This document shows, one piece after another, positions 59,371 to 64,000 of a DNA stretch of 64,000 nt. The notes under the pieces were generated by a model that did no database searches, was not told where the DNA came from, and worked only from the letters and a program-made list of their open reading frames with translations. The stretch is taken from assembly GCA_002748425.1 (NCBI GenBank), contig PDSJ01000029.1, positions 9,066 to 73,065 on the forward strand. The letters are read 5' to 3'. The position numbers and the translations under genes were made by a program. This DNA is from a candidate division KSB3 bacterium. Its GTDB lineage: Bacteria > Moduliflexota > Moduliflexia > Moduliflexales > Moduliflexaceae. The number at the start of each line of letters is the position of its first letter. The first letter of the stretch is position 1.

Positions 59371-60900
59371 ATGCGATTTCATAGAAAATATGTTTTTGCG
59401 ATGTCGGCGCTTGCCTTTACACTATTCATCTCTTACGAGATGCCTCTCCTGGCTGAAAATCTCCCGGAGCCGGTTATGGGCGGCAAACTGGTCTATGCCA
59501 TACCGGGAAATCCGGATACGCTCGATCCCCAGATGACCTCCGGCACACTCACGTTCCAGTGCGTGAAAAGTGTGTATGATACGCTTGTCGAAGCCGATCA
59601 GCGCGGAAATATCATTCCGGCCTTAGCAGAGTCCTGGGATTTGTCGCAGGACGAACTCACGTTGAGCCTTCACTTACGGCAGGGAGTCAAATTCCATAAC
59701 GGCGACACCTTGACGGCAGCTGACGTTAAGGCGAGTTTCGAGCGTTTGTTGTCAGACGAGTCCAGATCTCCTCATAAGACGAAATTCGAGCTAATCAACG
59801 CGATTGAGATTCCTGATCATACTACGGTGCGATTGATTCTCAGCAGGCCGTACGCTCCTCTGTTGAGGAATCTGGCGGGCGGGGCAGCATCGATATTACC
59901 CAGAAGAGCGATTCAGGAAGGACACGAGTTCAGCACGCATCCCATCGGGACCGGTCCTTTTGTATTCAAAGAGTGGATCCGAGACGATCGAATCAGCTAT
60001 ACTAAATTTTCAGACTATTGGCAGAACGGCAGACCCTATCTGGATGAGCTGGAAATGAAGGTCGTCGTGGAACCAACCACACAGCTTATGGGCTTGAAAG
60101 TGGGAGAATTTGATAGTATCCATGTTGTCGAATCCCATACGGTTCCGCAGTTCGACAAGGATCCGACTATCAAACTGTTTATCCATCAAACAGCTCTGGC
60201 GCTCGTGCTTGCGATGAATCACGCCCGTCCGCCGCTGGAGACCCTGCTGGTCAGAAGAGCAATTGCTCATGCCATTGACCGTCGGGCATTGCTCGATATT
60301 GCCTATAACGGCGGCCGGACAATCGAAGCGTTCATCGATGCCAGCAGTCCCTATTTTCTCGACCAGCCGGAGGCATATTCCTACGATCCTCGCCAGGCTA
60401 AAGCTTTGCTCGCCGAATCAGGCTATGCTGACGGATTTGACATCACCCTGACACTGCCGCAGAATTATGCCCCTCATGTCAATGCCGGAAATATGGTGCA
60501 AAACATGTTGCAGCAGATCGGTATTCGGGCAAAAATCGAACTTGTGGATTGGCCGACGTGGATCGGACAGGTGTATTACGGGAAAAATTATGACATGACC
60601 ATCATCGGACATACCGGACATCTCGACCCGGACGGACGGCTTAGCGGAGAATTTGCCTATACCAACTACCATAATCCTGACATGCTCGATGCAATTCAAC
60701 AGGCCGCAGCGGCCTCTCGTCCGGAAGAGCGTACAAGTTTGTATGCGAAGATTCAGCGTATGATGACTGAAGATGCAATGATGGTATTTATCGGGACGCC
60801 GCAAGGGCTGCGCGGAATGCGCAGCAATGTCTACGGCTTTCGGATGAGCTATGCGCTGGACACACCGGATTTTCGGGAGACCTTTATCGTGAAAGAATAA
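59371..60900 (+). CDS. ABC transporter substrate-binding protein, family 5 (peptide/nickel type)
   Basis: Signal peptide MRFHRKYVFAMSALAFTLFISY. SBP_bac_5 features include LDPQ ... LVE ... G.I.PALAESW ... KFHNGD. Start at ATG 59371; the track ORF starts at 59317. Confidence 0.85.
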   Translation: MRFHRKYVFAMSALAFTLFISYEMPLLAENLPEPVMGGKLVYAIPGNPDTLDPQMTSGTLTFQCVKSVYDTLVEADQRGNIIPALAESWDLSQDELTLSLHLRQGVKFHNGDTLTAADVKASFERLLSDESRSPHKTKFELINAIEIPDHTTVRLILSRPYAPLLRNLAGGAASILPRRAIQEGHEFSTHPIGTGPFVFKEWIRDDRISYTKFSDYWQNGRPYLDELEMKVVVEPTTQLMGLKVGEFDSIHVVESHTVPQFDKDPTIKLFIHQTALALVLAMNHARPPLETLLVRRAIAHAIDRRALLDIAYNGGRTIEAFIDASSPYFLDQPEAYSYDPRQAKALLAESGYADGFDITLTLPQNYAPHVNAGNMVQNMLQQIGIRAKIELVDWPTWIGQVYYGKNYDMTIIGHTGHLDPDGRLSGEFAYTNYHNPDMLDAIQQAAAASRPEERTSLYAKIQRMMTEDAMMVFIGTPQGLRGMRSNVYGFRMSYALDTPDFRETFIVKE

Positions 60901-60914
60901 TGGAGCTGCGGTCT

Positions 60915-60956
60915 GGAGTGCTGGACTTGTCGGAGACAGACGCTTTCCAGCACTCC
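60915..60956. terminator. Hairpin between convergent genes (candidate terminator)
   Basis: GGAGTGCTGG - 22 nt - CCAGCACTCC (10-bp stem). The loop contains an inner TGTC-GGA-GACA stem. No U-tract. Confidence 0.3.
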
Positions 60957-60967
60957 GTGACTCCAAT

Positions 60968-61981
60968 TTATCTGGTCATCAGCTCGGTCCAGGCCTTCAG
61001 CCAGCGATCGTAGTTCTGCTCGATCAGTTCCGGATCGATCGAGAGGAACTTGTCGCTTTTTGCGGCATATTCGAAACTCTGGGGTAATTCGACATCTGGA
61101 TTGACGGGAAAAACCCATTGGGTCAGGGGAATTTCCTGCTGGAAGTCTTCAGTCAGGATATAGTCGATAAATTTTTTCGCCAGTTCAGGATGTTGGGCGC
61201 CTTTCACAATCCCCATTCCCTCGATCTGGCGATAAAACCCTTCTTCCATCACGGCGGCACGATAGCGTGTGCTTTGCTCGACTTCGACATGGTAAGCCGG
61301 ACTTGTCGCATAACTCAACACAATCGGCGCCTCTCCGCTTGTAAACATGCCATACGCCGTATCCCAGCCCTTTGTCACCGTCAAAATCGACGGTTTTAAT
61401 TTTTCCCAGAAGTCCAGATAGCCGTCTTCACCGAAAGCCGCAATCGTCCAAAGCAAGAGGGATACACCTGGACTCGATGTGCGCGGATCTTCGAGAATCA
61501 CTTTCCCTTCCCAGCGGGCTTCAGTGAGTTCGGAAAGGCTTGAAGGTGGCGCATCAATTTTTTCAGTATCGTAGACGAAGGTGATATACCCATATTCAAA
61601 AGGGGTCAAATGTAAACTTGTGTCAAAGATCAGCTCTTCCGGAATGTTCGCAAGATGTTCAGAACGATATGGCTCCAGAATATCGAACTTCAGGGCTTTT
61701 GCCAGATAGTTATTGTCAATGCCGACAACGATGTCAGCCTGGGGATAATCTTTTTCCAGGATGACACGATTCAAGACCTGCCCTGCATCACCAACGGCGA
61801 TCAGCGTGACCTTGCAATTGTTCGCTTCTTCAAACTGCTGCATCGTGGCTTCCGCCAGTCCCCATGAAATAAAGCTGTCGTAGGCGTAGACCACTAAAGT
61901 TTCCTGTTCCTGGGCCGAGGCAAAAGAACCGCCTGGCACGAGGAGCGCACAAAGACTCAGAACGATAATGACATGTTGCAT
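60968..61981 (-). CDS. thiB: Thiamine/TPP ABC-transporter periplasmic binding protein (ThiB/TbpA-like)
   Basis: Signal peptide, then LVVYAYDSFISWGLA ... GDAGQVLNR ... DIVVGIDNNYL. It lies directly downstream of a TPP riboswitch, with a Shine-Dalgarno of AAGGAGGAA. Confidence 0.8.
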   Translation of the reverse strand: MQHVIIVLSLCALLVPGGSFASAQEQETLVVYAYDSFISWGLAEATMQQFEEANNCKVTLIAVGDAGQVLNRVILEKDYPQADIVVGIDNNYLAKALKFDILEPYRSEHLANIPEELIFDTSLHLTPFEYGYITFVYDTEKIDAPPSSLSELTEARWEGKVILEDPRTSSPGVSLLLWTIAAFGEDGYLDFWEKLKPSILTVTKGWDTAYGMFTSGEAPIVLSYATSPAYHVEVEQSTRYRAAVMEEGFYRQIEGMGIVKGAQHPELAKKFIDYILTEDFQQEIPLTQWVFPVNPDVELPQSFEYAAKSDKFLSIDPELIEQNYDRWLKAWTELMTR

Positions 61982-62184
61982 AGGACAATTTCCTCCTTGT
62001 CCGGCAAGGCATCCCTCAAAACAACCCGAAGCTATTTACCTAACCGCCCTTCCTCGCAGGATAAAAAGGCGCATGAGACAGCTTGCCGGTGATTGTGATT
62101 CCGGACGATCGTTGTTTCGACATATTCTCAGGCATTGTCAAAGGTTTTCAGGGCACTTACTGCCGTTCCGGAAGACAATCCAAT

Positions 62185-62220
62185 AAAAAAGGAGAACACC
62201 GAACTTCAGGCATTCTCCTT
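62185..62220 (-). terminator. Intrinsic terminator forming the expression platform of the TPP riboswitch
   Basis: Minus strand AAGGAGAAUGCCUGAAGUUCGGUGUUCUCCUUUUUUAUU. The GGAGAA/UUCUCC stem is followed by U6. Confidence 0.55.
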
Positions 62221-62261
62221 CATCAGCATGACACTCGACAACGCTCCTGTCGAGCCCAGAC

Positions 62262-62340
62262 TGTTTTTTCTCCCTACGCCGGTACGAACCGGATCAGGTT
62301 CGAAGGGTATTTTCTCAGCCTTCCTGGCACCCCTGAAAGT
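62262..62340 (-). promoter_or_regulatory. TPP (THI-box) riboswitch aptamer
   Basis: Minus strand CAGGGGUGCCAGGAAGGCUGAGAAAAUACCCUUCGAACCUGAUCCGGUUCGUACCGGCGUAGGGAG. It contains the conserved GGGGUGC, CUGAGA, ACCC..GAACCUGAUC.GG and GCGUAGGGA elements. Confidence 0.9.
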
Positions 62341-62415
62341 TTCTTTGGCACATGACCAAGTCTACTACAGAGTGTATCTTGCCGGATTTTGTCAATATAA
62401 AAGATTCAAAAATTA

Positions 62416-63318
62416 TCACGGCTGCTGTGAACGTCTACAACCCGGAAATTTCAGTTGAAACTGCGAAAGCAAGATTCCTGTAAGCATCAGCGCAGAACCG
62501 AAAATGCCGCGCTGGGAAAGTGCTTCTCCGAGAAGCCAGCAACCGCCAAGAGCCGCAAACACTGCCTCAAGGCTGAGAATAATTGCAGCATGAGCCGCGT
62601 GGGCGTGGCGTTGGGCAATGACTTGAAGCGTATGGGCAATCCCCACAGACAAGAGTCCGCCATAGGCAATCGGAACTGCGGCGTCTGAAATGCCCTGAAT
62701 GCTGATCTTTTCTGTCAAAGCGGCCGCCAGCAAGCTCAGAACCGAACAAGACAGAAATTGTACGAACGCAATTTTCAAGGCATCCATCCGGCGGGCCAAT
62801 CGTCCTATCAGTAATACATGTGCAGCCCAGCAAAACGCTCCAAGCAGTTCCAGCAGATCCCCAAACGCGATTGTAAATTGTTCTGTGACACTTAGAAAAT
62901 ACATCCCGACTGCCGCGAGGCATGCGCCGGTCCAGGCTTCGATACTGGCCTTCTGTTTCAGAAACAGACCCATCAGCGGCACCAATACAACGTATAATCC
63001 GGTAATAAACCCTGCGTTGCCGACCGTTGTATACACAATGCCGACTTGCTGCAGTGACGCTCCGAGAAATAAGGCGATACCTGCCGAAACTCCTCCCAGC
63101 AGCAGCGCAGTCAAGCCTGTGTCTGGGCCAGGATCTCGCTGTCGATTCATAGAAAGTAATAACGGCAGTAAAGAAAATCCGCCGAGTGCAAAACGGAGAC
63201 CGTTAAAGGTAAAGGGGCCGACATAATCCATTCCTATGCGCTGCGCCACGAACGCAAATCCCCAGATTATTGCAGTCAACAGTAACAAGATATTCGAACG
63301 TAGCGTCGGTGTATTCAT
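62416..63318 (-). CDS. DMT-superfamily transporter (two EamA domains)
   Basis: 300 aa, 10 TM helices. N-terminus ILLLLTAIIWGFAFVAQR. Confidence 0.8.
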   Translation of the reverse strand: MNTPTLRSNILLLLTAIIWGFAFVAQRIGMDYVGPFTFNGLRFALGGFSLLPLLLSMNRQRDPGPDTGLTALLLGGVSAGIALFLGASLQQVGIVYTTVGNAGFITGLYVVLVPLMGLFLKQKASIEAWTGACLAAVGMYFLSVTEQFTIAFGDLLELLGAFCWAAHVLLIGRLARRMDALKIAFVQFLSCSVLSLLAAALTEKISIQGISDAAVPIAYGGLLSVGIAHTLQVIAQRHAHAAHAAIILSLEAVFAALGGCWLLGEALSQRGIFGSALMLTGILLSQFQLKFPGCRRSQQP

Positions 63319-63548
63319 CGATCGGGGGCTCCATGTATGCAGAGATTATCGAACCGTCATGTGCGACTGTGCCTGGACCTCTGTTACGGCACAGCATCAC
63401 CATCGCTCTTCATGCTTTCAGCCCATGGCTACCGTCAAGCGAAAAGATACTAGCGGCAGAAAAATACGTGACAGAACTTGACTTTTACGGAGAATTCCGG
63501 CAGCGCAGTAATGCGAAATTCCTGAATTGCGCCGCACACGAACTGCCT

Positions 63549-64000
63549 ATGTCACGTAGCACTCAAAAGACAAAATTTTCGCGGATTCTTCTGGTGAATC
63601 CCTGGATCTATGATTTTTCCGCCTTTGATCTCTGGATAAAACCGCTGGGATTACTGTATGTTGGCGGGTATCTTCGGCAGCACGGCTATGACGTCCACCT
63701 TATCGACTGCCTGGATCGGCATAACCCGCAATTGCTGCGTCTGCAAGGACGGACAGGGCCGCAACTCAAAGCCTACGGAACAGGAAAGTTTTTCCGCCGC
63801 GTGATCAAAACTCCGGAGGTCCTCAGGCAGTTTCCCTATCCTTACCGTTGCTACGGCCTTCCCGAAGAGATTTTCTGCGGGATGCTTGCCCATAGGCCTC
63901 GCCCTGACGCCATTCTTGTCACGTCTATGATGACGTACTGGTATCCTGCCGTCTTTCGCGCCATCGAACTGCTCAAGCAGCACTTCCCGCACGTGCCGAT
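63549..64000 (+). CDS. B12-binding-domain radical SAM protein, N-terminal part only (runs off the window)
   Basis: Absent from the ORF track because it has no stop. Manual translation from ATG 63549: MSRSTQKTKFSRILLVNPWIYDFSAFDLWIKPLGLLYVGGYLRQHGYDVHLIDCLD ... ILVTSMMTYWYPAVFRAIELLKQHFPHVP. This is the typical N-terminal Rossmann/B12-binding-like module of class B radical SAM enzymes. The CxxxCxxC region would lie beyond base 64000. Confidence 0.6.
   Translation, partial: MSRSTQKTKFSRILLVNPWIYDFSAFDLWIKPLGLLYVGGYLRQHGYDVHLIDCLDRHNPQLLRLQGRTGPQLKAYGTGKFFRRVIKTPEVLRQFPYPYRCYGLPEEIFCGMLAHRPRPDAILVTSMMTYWYPAVFRAIELLKQHFPHVP

Noticed and set aside
60418-60966. 182-aa minus-strand ORF that could have been a thiP-like gene downstream of thiB
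   Set aside because: It lies antisense within the family-5 substrate-binding protein gene. Its translation is not hydrophobic or membrane-like, so it is not a permease.
62083-62458. Plus-strand ORFs 62083-62355 and 62135-62458
   Set aside because: They overlap the minus-strand TPP riboswitch and its terminator. The conserved THI-box explains this sequence.

Overview
Dense chromosomal window of about 55 protein genes. The host is a diderm-type bacterium (LpxL-family acyltransferase, PilT, MreB); I cannot assign a phylum from sequence alone. Most content is housekeeping: recA, alaS, alpha2-type glyQS, mreB, pilT, an EF-G paralog, trkA/trkH and pspA. There is also a 2-oxoacid dehydrogenase operon (E2-E3-fused E1 alpha/beta) with a divergent DeoR regulator, two TRAP transporters (DctPQM type and TAXI type), envelope glycosylation genes, two radical SAM genes and assorted hydrolases and transporters. 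Non-coding content I can support: a tRNA-Sec (selC), a TPP riboswitch with its own terminator ahead of a thiamine-binding protein gene, a roughly 340-bp tandem/inverted repeat cluster built from a GTCATYCTGAGGAG core, an IS3-family orfA remnant, and several hairpins and promoters. I found no CRISPR array, no rRNA, no intact mobile element and no clustered defence island, and I see no convincing novel multi-gene system. The most interesting items are single-locus oddities. (1) A HesB/IscA-like gene is interrupted by an in-frame TGA with a SECIS-like hairpin, so it is a likely selenoprotein that the ORF track splits; selC lies in the same window, and the gene sits behind a near-consensus promoter overlapped by a perfect 22-bp palindrome. 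(2) A 1116-aa fusion joins a full EndoQ-like PHP nuclease to a UvrD-type helicase. (3) A NYN ribonuclease domain is fused to a cold-shock-like domain with a His-rich tail. (4) A stand-alone E2 acyltransferase catalytic-domain paralog has its catalytic DHR..DG motif changed to DPR..DM. (5) A sensor-less hybrid histidine kinase has a degenerate N-terminal receiver. All family assignments come from motif recognition by eye and need HMM or BLAST confirmation.
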